NCBI RefSeq assembly: GCF_036321535.1
Contig: NC_087438.1
Coordinates: 92,628,001 to 92,692,000 of the forward strand
Direction of reading: 5' to 3'
Origin: Camelus dromedarius
Taxonomy: Eukaryota
DNA length: 64,000 nucleotides
A program made the position numbers and the translations under genes. Shown piece after piece: positions 25,597 to 38,614 of this stretch; the first letter of the stretch is position 1; the number at the start of each line of letters is the position of its first letter. Under the pieces are notes generated by a model. It made no database searches. It was not told where the DNA came from and saw nothing but the letters and a program-made list of their open reading frames with translations.

Positions 25597-26004
25597 GAGA
25601 GTGGTAAATTTTATGTGTCAATGTGGCTGGGCCACAGCACCCTGATAGGTGATCACACATAATTCTGGGTGTTTCTGTAAGGTTTTGAATGCGATTAACA
25701 TCTAAATCAGTGGACTCTGAGTAAGCAGACAGACTTCCACAATGTGGGTGGGCCTCATCTAATCATTTGAGGGCCTGAATAGAACAAAAAGACCAATTAT
25801 CCCTCAAGTAAGATAGAATTCTCCAGCAGACAGCCTTCAGACACAGACTGGAACATTGGCTCCTTCTGGGTCTCCAGCTGGCCCGTCCTACAGATTTGGG
25901 ACTTCTTCGCCTCCATAATCACAGAAGCCAATTCCTTATAATAAATCTCTCTCTCTGTACACATCCTACTGTTTTTGTGTCTCTGGAGAGCCCTGACTAA
26001 TCCA
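25597..26004 (+). mobile_element. MLT2D-like ERVL solo LTR, apparently complete
   Basis: tggtaaattttatgtgtcaatgtggctgggccacag...acaatgtgggtgggcctcatctaatc...gccaattccttataataaatctctctctct...ctggagagccctgactaatcca. Confidence 0.9.
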
Positions 26005-27061
26005 GTAGGGGCAGGGGGTGGGGCTGACTCTGCCAACCCCAAAGCATTTGAAAGCCTCTTTTTTGTTCCTCTTTGGATAACCCAGTTCTACCCATCATGA
26101 AGCACTCAGCCAGGACAGCACCTCCTCCAGGAGGCCTCCTGGTTCCTTGCATAGCAGACTGGAGGTGGTCCACTGTGGTGCTCCCCACCCTGGTTTACAG
26201 GCATCTCTGCGATGAGCTTCCCACTGGCCAGGGCCACATCACACTCCTCTTGAGTCCCCAAAACTGTGCAGGGTATACAGCAGATGCTTAGCATTGCTTG
26301 TGGAATAAATGAAATGCTGGGTTGTTGAGACCTGCCAAGCCATGCATGGCCACATATAGTGACCACTTTTTTCTAACAGTCCTAAAACCTAAAAGTGAAA
26401 CTTGGTCCACGTAATGTTGAGGATAGACTCGCTGCTTTACTTGCCCCAGGAACGTGAGCCAACAGCTGGAATGAAGTCAGGGCACACCTTGGCGCTGCTC
26501 CTACGACCCTGTGTGATGTTGCCTTTTCCCCGATCATACCCGCTTTGAACCCATTCTCCAGGGCCACCATCTTGGGCCATCCCACAGGCTCCCAGTCCCC
26601 CTAGGGTCCCACTGGGGCCGAAGTAGGAGGCCGAGTCCGCTGGCAGCAGGCCTGGTCAGTGGCTCAGCCCCAAGCCCACTCTGTCCACCAGCACCTTTGA
26701 GGTTAGCACACACGGGCCCCAGCTAATCCTGACCCTGGGCCAGATGGGCGGTGCTCACTGCCAAGTCTCTTTCCTTTCTTATTTATAAAAAACAGCACAT
26801 ATACAGAAGGCATAAGAGAAGGAGCAAAGGCAACACAGGCACAAACATTTTCAAAAATATCACCATTTCTTTGCTGAGGCAAGCGGGGCTATCAGGGAGG
26901 TGACCATCAGCTCCATGTGTGAAAAACGCCTCCTTCAGAAGAGAACGTGCATGCAGGTACCATCTGCCACGTTGGTGAGCAACAATCATTGAGAGCTTGA
27001 GAAGTCCGATGATTCCCAAAGCTTGTTTTCTTTCATGAATTATAAGAATTTTCGTATGTAT

Positions 27062-27250
27062 AAGAGACGTGGCAGAGCAGTAGGTGCTAGGACAACATGC
27101 AACATTTAAATAAAAGTCAGAGAGATGCGCATCTGAACTGCAGCTCTCCCCCTCACCAGCTGGGTGATCTGCGCAAGTCACTGAACCTCTCTGAGCCTCG
27201 GTTTCCTCATCTGCTAAGTAAAGATAATAGGAGCCCTTCCCTGGGGGAGG
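27062..27250 (+). mobile_element. MIR SINE
   Basis: cagctgggtgatctgcgcaagtcactgaacctctctgagcctcggtttcctcatctg (MIR core). Confidence 0.85.
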
Positions 27251-30239
27251 GCTGGGGAAGACTGAGGAGGGAGTGAAGGAAGTACTCAGCCTGGGCCCGG
27301 CACACAGCAAGCGTGTGCTTCTCCAGGTACCTGTGACCCTGCCCTCCGTGCACATCCAGTCTCCCATCTCTTCAAGAGGGTGAGAAGTGAGAAATCATAG
27401 TAATTTGCTGCAAATTTTGATGATTGTGATGGCAGCCACCTGAGTCCCTGGCGAGCTGTACCCAGGGGAAGCCCGGCAGTGCCTTCGCTTGGAGTTACTT
27501 CCTCCTGGCCCTGTAGACAGGCACATCCAGGCTGCATCTTGTTTCCCACCAACTGTTTCTCTCAGTTAGCACATGGGCTCCTGCTGGTGTTTCTCACAGG
27601 AGAGAAACCACATTCCCCAGCAGTGGGCTCTGCCTTACGTCTCTACAGACCCCCGATCTCATTAGGTCCTCCTGATACCCACAACTGTTTGCTCTGAGGG
27701 CCACAAAACTTATTAAAATGGAAAGTTTGTTCCTTTACGACTGTAAGCAGAGTATCTATTGAGACAAGCCTGGCATGTGAGCAAGATCTTGCTGCTCAGT
27801 GTGGCAGGGGCTGGGGTGGGGCTGGGCAGGAACGCAGGTGAGAGGGAGATGCAGGGAGGCCCAGGGGACCGGGCGGCTCCCTTCCCCTGCGAGCAGAGCA
27901 TGCTCACCAAGCTGGTCATGTCCCACGTCCATGTGGAGACAGCCACCGAGGTTTAAAACAGGTTGTATGACTGTCAACTTCTCTTTACTGTTCAAACAGA
28001 TGTGTATAGGCTTTGGCTCCATGTACTCTCACCCTGGCTCTGGCAAAACAGTCCAGACTATAGAATTATGGCTACCTCTGTGTCACTGCCATTATATGTC
28101 ACCACCGAGGCAGTCAAAACTTCCCTGTAAACAGCACTTGGGGCCAAGCAGATGAGGGACGCCCTTGAAAATCTGGAGTTTTGTTCGTGAGAGGAGAAAA
28201 GAACTTACAAGCTTACTCTGTACATAATTGGGACAGTGTGTCACTGCCCGTTCCTGCCACCACCTCCACTGTTACCGTGGTGCCCCTGGTGTCCCACGTG
28301 GAAATGTCTTCCTCACTCTGCGGTTTTCCTCCTTCTACAGTTTGGCAAAGATCTCTGTCTGTCTTTCCTGCCCATCAACGCCCTGTCAGGAGAGGTTCTG
28401 CCAGAAGACCCTTCATCCTCCCATGGCCTCTGATCTGAGGTTCTCAAAATCACAGGGCAGGCTCAGATGGGGCAGTTTAAAATCTCAGCTATGAGGGCCC
28501 ACGCAGAGCTGGGTGCGTTTAAGGTCTGCCCGACTGGGTGAAGTGAAGGTCTCTGCAAAGCCCATTTGCAGAGGGTAGAGAGAGAAGGGGGTATGGGGAG
28601 AGGATGAGAGCTCAGCTGGGCAGAATCAGTGGGGCAGCAGGGTCTCACAGAAGCACTTGCTGAAACACTGGGTATCGGGCCTGCAGGCCACACCTCAGCT
28701 GACCTATGTGGGTGGGAAGGACTAAGGGACAGGCCATGGAACACAAGTTCCCCAAAGAAGACAAGTAAACAGACATGCCTGCCAGGCCACTGGATGAGCC
28801 CTTCTCGCTACAGAGAGAAATGCACAACTCACACCCTTTCTGATAACAAGTGGGCAGAGTTCACTGCGTCTGGTGATTTTAATTACCTGCAAGCAAAGTG
28901 ATTTTTACTACTTTCATTTGGAGAGCTTTTCAAAAGTAGCTTCACTCTGATGACCTTCATTAATGAGTGACCAGAATGCATCAAAGCAGAAATGAGCACA
29001 AGAAGCAAGGTGGAGGGCAGGGCAGGGCTTGCCAGGACGCGGTGCTCAAGTTGGGAAGCCACTGTGCAGCTCTGCCCTCATGACCCCGCTCTCCTGTGGC
29101 ACCCGGCACAGGCCCACCTGCAAGAGGACCACGGCAGGTTCCTGGGTCTCAGGGCTCTGCAGAGCGCGGGGCCCCGGCTTTGCCCCTTGGCTCTCTCGGC
29201 TGAGGACTCACTTCCACAGGCCGAGCACTGGACCTCCTTATTCATGCATTTGATGAGCCTGCTCTGCCAGGGGTGTCAACAGTCACCTGCCTCTCCTTGG
29301 GTTACTTTGTGGGTCTGCCCGTCCCCCGAACTCCCCTAATTTACTTCTGTTAATTTGGTGCAGTGGTAAGTGTGCCTCCTTCTCTTTGGAGAAAAAAGAT
29401 GGCCCCACCTGGTCCACTACTTCCCTGCCCAGGAAAGCAGGCAGAGTGATGCAGGGGCTGCAGGTGAGAGAACCAAGAACAGGCTGACCTGCAGCCCTCA
29501 CTCGACTTCCGTGCCCACTGTCCTCCCGGCCACTGGCCCCTTTAACTCCTTACATCATCAGGGAACAGAAGAACCTAAAAGGGACTCCGCATGCACAGAA
29601 GAGCCGGAAAGTCCTTTCCTTCAGTCTGTTAGTAAGCAGGAAACACGTTCAGGCAGGGACCCAGAGTCAACATATTTGAGTTGTGGCTGGTCTGACAGCT
29701 GCTGAGTTTGTCACACAGATAATTAGATAAACTGCTTGGGCACAGAGATTCAATACGTGGTGTCATTTAGTGGCTGGTACACGGGGGCCTGGATCTTAAT
29801 TGAAGGCGCAATAGGGGAGAACCTTAAAGAAGTCCCAAATCAACTTCTTCTCGCTCCAGTAATTAAACATTTGACTCCAGATCATCATCCAAAGCCTCCC
29901 AATGTTGGCCGTGGGCTCCAGTACATGGTGCTAAGCAGCCTGAACCAAGGGCCCCCTTCTCTCCATGCAGAGCCTTCCTCCGGTGGCCTCCTGCAGGGAA
30001 GCTTGGGGCGGGACAAGAGGCTCCGTGTCCCCCCACCCTCACCTACTGCTGTTTCCCTCCTTCCTCATGCTCCCTCAGTACGCCTCCCCCTTTGAGCAGG
30101 GTCCTCCCTATGAATCCACTGCCTCCTTTGCTGGGACCCTGTGACTTGCGCTGCATGCAGGGCCTCCAGCTAGGGCTTCCGCCCTCTCACATGGGCCCCC
30201 TGAGGGGCTGCATGGGTCCGATTTAACCCATAATCATCA

Positions 30240-30400
30240 GTTTGTGCATTCATCTAAGAAATGAACGGAGTATCTCCAATAAGCTAGGGGTAGAAGGATA
30301 AATCACATTTCCCCACTTGTAAGGACTCCCAGGACGGTGGGAAGAAAGGCAAGCTAACAAGAAGTTGTAACAGAGGGAGGACCCTGCTCTTGCTGGGAGT
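30240..30400 (-). mobile_element. L2 3' end fragment
   Basis: tgcattcatctaagaaatgaacggagtatctcc...catttccccacttgtaaggactcccag. Confidence 0.55.
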
Positions 30401-30644
30401 TCTGCTGGCAGCTTGGTCAGCCTGGGGCTTACGCAGGAAATCCCCTGGGTCCGGGAGGTTTATCTCAGTTAGAAAGTGAACTTAGAAATGCTTGGTGACG
30501 AGCCCCTAGACAGCCTGTCTTTTCCAACCCACATGCCAATCACAGCTTCCTGGAGGTGGTGAAGGAGGGGGTCCCCTCGAGGCCACCTCTGGGTGGGCGT
30601 GGTGGAAACTAGAAAGACAACATAGCACAGTGGCTACAAGTTTG

Positions 30645-31117
30645 GGCTTTCAATGTGGACAAGGCCCTACTTGGATGATCTGTCCCCTTACCTGTCCGAC
30701 TTCCTCTCGGACTGCCTCACCTTTCCTTGTTTGGCTCCAGCAACCCTGCCCCTGTGTCGGCCCCCACAGGGACCAGGAGAGCTCTCGCACCGGGGCTCTG
30801 CACTTGCTATCCCCTCTGCTGGGGCTCTCTTCCCCTGGGTACTCGAGAGCCTTACTCCCCAACCCCCAGCCTCCTTTAGGCCTTTGCTCAAAAGTCACTT
30901 CTTATGTTAGATGCTAACCAATGCCTTTCCCTGGCTGCTTCTTCTCCATGGCACTTGTCACCGCCTAAGACACCTCATCTCTGACTCACCGTCTCCCCCA
31001 CAAGACCGCAAGTGCCGTGAGGGCAGGAATCCTGTCCATTTGGTCACTGCTGCGTCCCCAGTGCCCAGGGAGACCTGACTCACAGGAAGCATGTGCTCAC
31101 TGAATGAACGGATGGAG
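30645..31117 (+). mobile_element. L2 3'-terminal segment (plus strand)
   Basis: acaaggccctacttggatgatctg...ctttgctcaaaagtcac...gtgagggcaggaatcctgtccatttggtcactgctgcgtccccagtgccc...tgaatgaacggatgga. Confidence 0.85.
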
Positions 31118-31800
31118 GGGGCAAGCAGAAGGGTCCTGTGGTCTGAGTGACCTCCTGGAGGGCTCACCCCTGAAAGCCACATGGAAGGTGGGTTTGAAGA
31201 AGTATCTGACCAGGAGCTGGGACAACAGTTAGGGACCACAGACGTAGTCCAGGTGAAAGACTGGTGAGATGGACGTGGGTGTGGCAAATAAGGCCAGAGA
31301 TAATCCTCAATAATCGAGAAATAATAAGGAAGTAAACTTGGCACAGCTTTGGTGCGGGGGTTCAGCTGCAAGGGGGAAGCAAGGAAGATCCCAGTCGCTT
31401 GGGGGTGGGGCTGCTGTTATCACCGAGATAGAGACTGAGGAAGAAAGAATGTCAGGGGTGGAGGGGCAGGGAGGTGGAGAGTTCACGTAGGAAACGCTGG
31501 ATCTGAGGTGCCCAGGGGCCTCTGACAGGCAGCTGGAGACCTGCCACCAACATGTGGAAGAGAGATCTGGGATGAAGATACAGCTGGGTCTCAACGGCAG
31601 GTGAGGCATGGCTGGAACTGTGAGAGGGGGCGGCATGGAAAGAGAAGGGGGCTGAGGAGGGGCCCCCGGAGAACCAACCTCCCTAAAAAGCTTCCAGGGA
31701 AGGACGGGCCTGTCAGGAGTCTGAGGGGCAGGGGCTGGACCAGGAAGACCTATGGATGCCACCGTAGGGGGGAAGCAGTAAGACCACGCCTGGAAAGTGG
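31118..31800 (-). mobile_element. L2 internal segment (minus strand), upstream in consensus of the preceding plus-strand piece; may extend to about 32080
   Basis: gagtgac...cagttagggaccacagacgtagtccaggtgaaag...gagagatctgggatgaagata... matches reverse-strand L2. Confidence 0.7.
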
Positions 31801-34009
31801 CATTTAGAAGGATACAGTGATCTGAACAGGGACAGGAGCCAGCTGCAGACGCTGGTGGGCAGAGCGAGGGGGAACTGGGGAAGTGGAGGCAGCCAGGGCA
31901 GGTAAGGCTTTGGGTATCTGAGATAGGATGAAGGGGAGAGGTGAAATGGTGCCTAGAAGGATGCCGGAATGAAGCCAGCTCCTTTTGGCTTTAGGATAAG
32001 ACAGTGTGAGCTGTCAGTGCACACAGAGAAGGAGGGGCTGGAGAGAAGAAAGAAAGGTGCCAGGAAACAACACTGTGGGGCCTTGGAGGCTGCGACTTGT
32101 TTCCATAAGTGAAATCAATGCAGTGTGAGACGTTCTCAGCTCAATACCTTATTAGCAATTTTTAATTACTAGCATGTAATTAATTCATCCAAAGTGCAGC
32201 AGTTCTGTGAAGCACACCATACAAGCTGCACTGGTAGCACTCTTGCACATTTGCAGGGAGTTCACACCAGGGCACTTTCTTGCATAAACCTTAGGGGAAA
32301 TATCCGGAGAACACACGTGCTTGTTTTCAGTCATATTTCTTGATTCTGGAAGCAGATACTATAAATGGGATGACTGGGACCTGAGGAACACGGTGCTGTT
32401 GGTGATGCACTGATGCTGGCAGAACCTACGGGGGAGGCTGCAAGAAGGAGGTGGTCAGTGAAGATTCCCATTGGTTCCTGAGGCCTGGGGATGTATCTGG
32501 CCCCACATGATGGCCCAGAGAGCAGGGGTGCTGGGGACTGGACCTTCACCTTCCTTTTGGCTATTAATTCCATGAGGTCAGGCCTGGTGTCCTAATCATG
32601 CTGGTATCCTCAGCTCCTGCATGGCCTTTGTACCCAGTGGACAGTCAGCCATGTCTGTGAAGCTGGGTGGCTTGGTGGAAAATGGCCTACCCTGCTGTGT
32701 GGAACTCAGAGTGAAGGCCAGGAGGGTGCAGAGAGATTCCTTTGGAAGGCTGGGGGAGCAGCAGCAGCCTCTGGTGGGTCTGGAGTGGAAGGACAAATGG
32801 GAGCAATTGGAAACAGGAAGAGGGCCAGAGACACAGTGGAGGCCAGTGCCAAGAAGCCAGGAGGGCACACCCCAGAGGCTCTGCTGTTTCATGTCCAGCC
32901 TCTTCCAACAGCCTCTGGATGATCCTGAGTTTTCTGCTCCTTTCTTAGAGGGGAGCAAGTGATCTGGTGTTCTGGCATCTGGGGGCCCTGCGGTTCAGGA
33001 TGACTGAGCCCGCTATCCTGAAGAAGCTCCCAGATGGACTCCCTCCTGACCTGCACAGCAGGGAGGCCTAGCCCAGCAACAGAGGCCTTTCCCACTGACC
33101 AGGGCTTCCAAGCCCTCCCTCTACAAAGGCTCCTGGGGGGAAAGGATAAAGAAGCCGCGTCTGCTGTGAACATGCCTTGCTGGGACCCAGCTAAAAAGGG
33201 CCCCAAAGCTGGGGGTGATTTTGAAGGATGGGCTGCAGTGGCAGTGCCTGTGTGACTTGGGACAGATACTGACTCTTTCTGGGCCACAACGCCCCTGTCT
33301 GGGAAACAGGAAAGTTGGACTAGTTCATTGGACACTCAGTCAGCTTGAGTTCAAATGACCTAGGTTGGCGCACGGGCCCCACTCTCACCCACTTGCCTGC
33401 ATCTACCCATAGTCAGACCCCCACTGCCCCCTGCCAGGGCCTACATTTTAATCACCTGCTCTGCCCTGAGTCTGCAGTCACATCATGTCTGCACCCCAGG
33501 ATGCCCGCACCCACCCTTCAAGATGTACCTTGAATGCCTCCTCTCCAGCTGCCTCCCTATACACTCCATTTTTCATCCCTCCCAGGCTCAACGGACGGTT
33601 CCTCAGAGCCTCTCATGCATTCCAGAAACTTCCTCTAGGCCTGGAATCAGGAGCTCTTCCTTCTCTGTGAGCTCAGGGGGTGAACTTGGATGACTCATTA
33701 TATCTCTTTTCAAAAAGCAAGGCAGCTAGAGAAGGTGATGTAAGTTTGACCATTTGGAGGTCAAGCTCCAGTCATTCATTAAATAAATGTGGAGGACCAA
33801 TGTTCTTCTCTCCCCTTGTTCATAAGGCACCTGCAGCCCTGCCCTCTCAGCCCATGTCCAGCTTTGTCACACGTGGGCAGGGGTCTTACAGCCTCCCGCG
33901 TCTGCTCCTCCACTCTGCCTTGATGTTTGCAACGACATCCCAACATCCTGAGTGCGGCTGATACCTCTGAGAGAAGAGCGCTCACAGTTGCCTGGCACTG
34001 CTCCTTTTT

Positions 34010-34165
34010 GCTCATGACACTCTATAAGGTAGGTACTATCATCAATCCCATTTTACAGATGTGGTAAATGGGGGCACAGAGAGCTCATGTGTCTTGTCCA
34101 AGGTGGCGTGGTACAGCCCCATGGCCGATCTAAACCTGGTGCCTTGATCCTGTGCCACGTGCTCC
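34010..34165 (-). mobile_element. MIR SINE
   Basis: ctataaggtaggtactatcatcaatcccattttacagatgtggtaaatgggggcacagagag...cttgtccaaggt. Confidence 0.85.
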
Positions 34166-36269
34166 CTCAGCATGGGGCTCCCCAGGATGCCCTCTCAGGC
34201 TCCAGCAGAGTGAAACCAAGTCCCCAGGATGCCAGCCCCACCAGGGCCCTGCACCCGCAGCTCCCGCACCTTGGGAAGCTGAGTCTCCGGCCAAGAATGG
34301 GCTGAGACACAGCTGGGAAAGTGAGTAGCTCTCCCTGGCAGGGCAGAAGACACTTCCTGAAGTGTGGAGATACCCGGGAGGCGTGAGACTCAATTTATGT
34401 TTCTAAAGCAACAAGATTCAAAGTTACAACAACTAAACACCACTAAGAAGAAAAGAAGCCTTTGGCAGCAAGAGCTAGCTGCTCTGCTAACGTGTAACAG
34501 AAGGTTGGGTTTTTATTCTTGTGTTTAGTAATACTTAAGAAAGAATGGTTTGCAACTGAGCTTAGAGTATGCTTACTTTTTAAAATAAAAAGTGGCAATT
34601 ATGCTCTCTGATTTCATAAACCTGGGAATTCCCCTCTGAAGCACCCAAGTACACCTACAAACTCCATGCAGGATGAGGAAGCTTAAGGGTCTATTTAGAA
34701 CTGAATCCCTAACAGGTTCCTGTCTCCCATAATTTCATGGTTTGTCTGGAGAACTGCCCAACTCTGACATTGTATCATCTGGGATAATACAAGCCTGGCA
34801 TGGTGAGTGATGGCTGAGAGGCGAGCTTGTCTTCTCGAATAGCGTAGGAGATAAAGCGTGAATTCAGAACTGAGTCAGAAAAATCATTTAAAAAGTGCCA
34901 ACTAGTACACAAATAGGAATGCCATGTCACAGATAACTTTTAAGACACAAAACTCTAGAAGAAGTTAAAGGTGCAGAGAAATCCACCCACTACTTGGTGT
35001 TTACTGGTGGTATTTGGTGTCGAATACAAATGTGATTCTAATTTTGCCCCAAGGAGAGAGCGAGATGACCTCCCACCTCCCTCATCCCTGACTTTCAGCG
35101 AGAGAGACCCTGTTTAGAACTTCAGGAGAGCTGGTGTCGAGCCACCGATACTCGCTGAAGCAACGCTCTGCAGTTCAGTTTTAATTTTCTCACAGGCTCA
35201 TGATCCCTAAATGATGCTGTATTTCATTCTGTATTCACATGGAATCTCATTGCCATAGCAACTGGAATGTGATGCCAGAAGTTTTCTTGTAAAGGGGCTC
35301 TGAATGTTGCCTCTCCTCCCTTGCTGAGGGATGTGAGGGGCACGTGTCATGTGTTCGCAGGTGGTGCTCCTGAGAAGCCCCCACACCCCATGGGGAAGCA
35401 GGGGCTCTGGTGGCAGAGTACGCTCTGAACCACAGTGGCCTGGCCCAGGCACCCACCGCCATGTACCCCGTGCTCCACATGCTCTGACCCCATAAGCATT
35501 GTCCTAATAGTGAATTCTGGAGGCAGAGAAAGCCCAAGAGAATGAAATCACAACTTCTCTTTGTAAAGTCTGGTAGGAAAAGAGAATGAAACATAGATAA
35601 TTTCAGAATTTTTGTTTGCATGGAAAAAAAGATGTTTTTAAGATTCCTGGATCAAAAACTCCCTGGAAATTTGAGACAAAAGACAAATTGCCATCAATGG
35701 AACTCAAGATGGCATTAAATACTCTGCTGCAGTCTTGGGGTGAAGGCTGCAGGAAATTGTCCTTTACATCCACCTTCCTTTCTTCCAAGAATCCCCTCCA
35801 CCTCTCCCCAGGCCTCTATCAATCCATTACCTGCTGCTCCCCATTGGAACCATGGTTCAGGCGAAAGTGGAGAAGTGCTAACCCAAAGCACACTCCTAGG
35901 GCTGGCCTGCCTGCCATGCCCGCCAAGGCCCTGGAATCAGTGAACAGGCCTCCACTGCCTGCCAGGCTCTCCCTGCGGAAATGCTAGAGGCAGAGAGGCC
36001 AGCCCGCCTTCACACCTCCAGGGACTGGAGCTGGCCCTGAACAGGAGGCAGTGAAGCTTCTCCATGGGGTCCAGATTCACGGGGCCAGGTCTGCAGAAAG
36101 GGGAGCCCTGGCTCCAGATGGGCATCTCCAGGACAGCATTAGGGCTCGACTCTCAGCACTGGCCCCCCAACTCTCCATCTACCAATAAGCCACCTGGGTC
36201 CAAGACCTGCTGAGTAGAACCCTTGTCCTCCCCTCATAGCTTGTCCTACAGTGGACCAGATAAATGATG

Positions 36270-36430
36270 ACAAGAGGTGTCACAAACACCTGGCACATGT
36301 AATGTACCCAGCACATGCTGAGGGCTTTCTGTGCAGCACCTCATTTACTTTTCTCCAGGCAGCAGGTGGGAACTGCCAGCAGCCAAGGAGGCCTGGAGAG
36401 GTGGAGTCACGCACCCCAGGTCACTCCTGG
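36270..36430 (-). mobile_element. Degraded MIR
   Basis: atgtaatgtacccagcacatgctgagggctttc...cctcattta...ggcctggagaggtggagtcacgcaccccaggtcac. Confidence 0.55.
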
Positions 36431-37661
36431 AGCTTGCAGGTACCACTCTCCACTGACAAGGGATCTTTTAGAGAGTGGCTCTGCCACAGCGAGTGGGTGA
36501 GGATTAGCAAAACCTGTGACAAACTCAATGAATCAGAAGGATTCGGTGGATAAATTCAATCGGCACGAGGCAGAACAGAGACCTAATCTGCGTGCCTGCC
36601 CCCTCCCCATGCTCACCAGCTCACCGCCATCCCTCACCGCAGCCAGTTTTGTGGTGGTTGATTTTCCCTCGTGTGAAGTGAGAAATGCTTTTTAAATAAC
36701 CGGTGGTGAGGGAGGCTGTGCACACTCTGATGCAGAAAGAAAAACCTCTAGAAAGATGCAATCTGGGTGATATTGGAAGCTGGAGAATGGAAGATCTGTC
36801 TATAAAATTCAACACAGCCAATAAACCTGGAGCCACTGGTCGAGTGTTTAGTGCTCATGGTGCTGAGGCGTCAGCAGGCCTGCACTGGGCAGTACGGCCA
36901 GGCCACAGACGTTTTTCCTGGGCTCATTTTGGCCTCATTTCCATAAAGGGCCTCATGATTTCAGAAGTACCTCTGCATTCACGTCATAAGCGCCACGTAA
37001 GGGTCCAAGACTATTCCCATCACAGGATAAACTGGACTTTCCAGAGCCCCACTGGCTCTGGGCCCCCTGAGGCCAGGGCCCGCAGGCAGGGTGGGGCCCT
37101 GGGCTCCTCCGCCGTGAATCCTCCCACCACACTGTCCTGGCGCCCGTGAGCGCTTGGCCCCCACTCTGGGTGCCCAGGCCCTGCAGCTGTGACAATATAG
37201 AAGCCCTGTCCACCAGTGTCGCAGGCACTTGGCGAGGTTCCGCCCTGCCGTCTCCTCCCCTCGACCCAGCCCTGCCCCACAGCAGGCCTCTGAGCTCACG
37301 CAGCCCCAGGTGGACTCCCCATCACCACTGCCCCCACAGGCTAGTGGGCCGGCTCCCACCTGCGCACATGCCACTGCTGCCACCTCACAACACCTAATTT
37401 AATCACTTGGTTTCAGGGTCACAAATATTTCTACAGGCTGTGGCAGGCGCCATTCACTAGTACCACATGGACACGGGAATTTGCGTTCTAACTCTCACAT
37501 CATCAGGCTTCTGTGGGCTGTTGACACCGTCTTGGTGCAGGCCCTGCGCCAGGTCCTGGGAACATACTCATACACCGAGAGTCACAGCCCCTGCCCTGGA
37601 GGCTCTTAACCGGTTACTGGGATCCTGCACAGCCCTTCTCATTCAAGCGCAGTGCAGAGCC

Positions 37662-37734
37662 TTTTTTTTTTTTTTTAACAACAAGAAAAAATGATTTATT
37701 TGCAATACAACCTAGTCCCCATCACTTCAATACA
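37662..37734 (-). terminator. Candidate intronic polyadenylation signal (2x TGTA, AATAAA, U-rich spacer, genomic A15)
   Basis: Minus strand: TGTA (37734-37731), TGTA (37709-37706), AATAAA (37700-37695), TCATTTTTTCTTGTTGTT, then A15 (37676-37662). Function is inferred. Confidence 0.45.
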
Positions 37735-38203
37735 GCATAGGCGTATAAAAGAGTCATACTGCAAGCCCCTTTGGCACCAACTCCACAGACACGTTCTGAT
37801 GTCCACATAGGGCCTTCCTCATCTTGCTCAGAGGTGTTCGGCCAGGGAGCACTATGCCGTCTGTGACCGCTCCAGGCCACAGCTGGAGAACCTACATGCG
37901 GGAGACCACTGTGCTGGGGTCCATCTGATCAGAGTCTACACACAGCACAGCCTCCTGATGCAAGAGGCTCTGTCCAGAGAGGCAGACGTGCTCCCTGCCC
38001 ACCCTGTGTGAGAGACCCGGGCAGCACCTTGCCAGCTGGCTCCCGCCAGACACATGCTCTGCACCAGGCAGTGCGCCTCCCTGGAATCTGCTCTCCCAGG
38101 GGCTTCCCCTAAGGGCAGGGGCCTCTGGAGGAGGACACAAATGAACACGCACTGCTGCCATGCTGTTAAGGTTCCCGTCTTTCTCTTTTTAAAGACACAT
38201 TTA

Positions 38204-38614
<411 letters not shown>

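Noticed and set aside
26783-27367. 194-aa minus-strand ORF
   Set aside because: Includes the translated MIR core (LADEETEAQRG...) and AT-rich repeat sequence; spurious.
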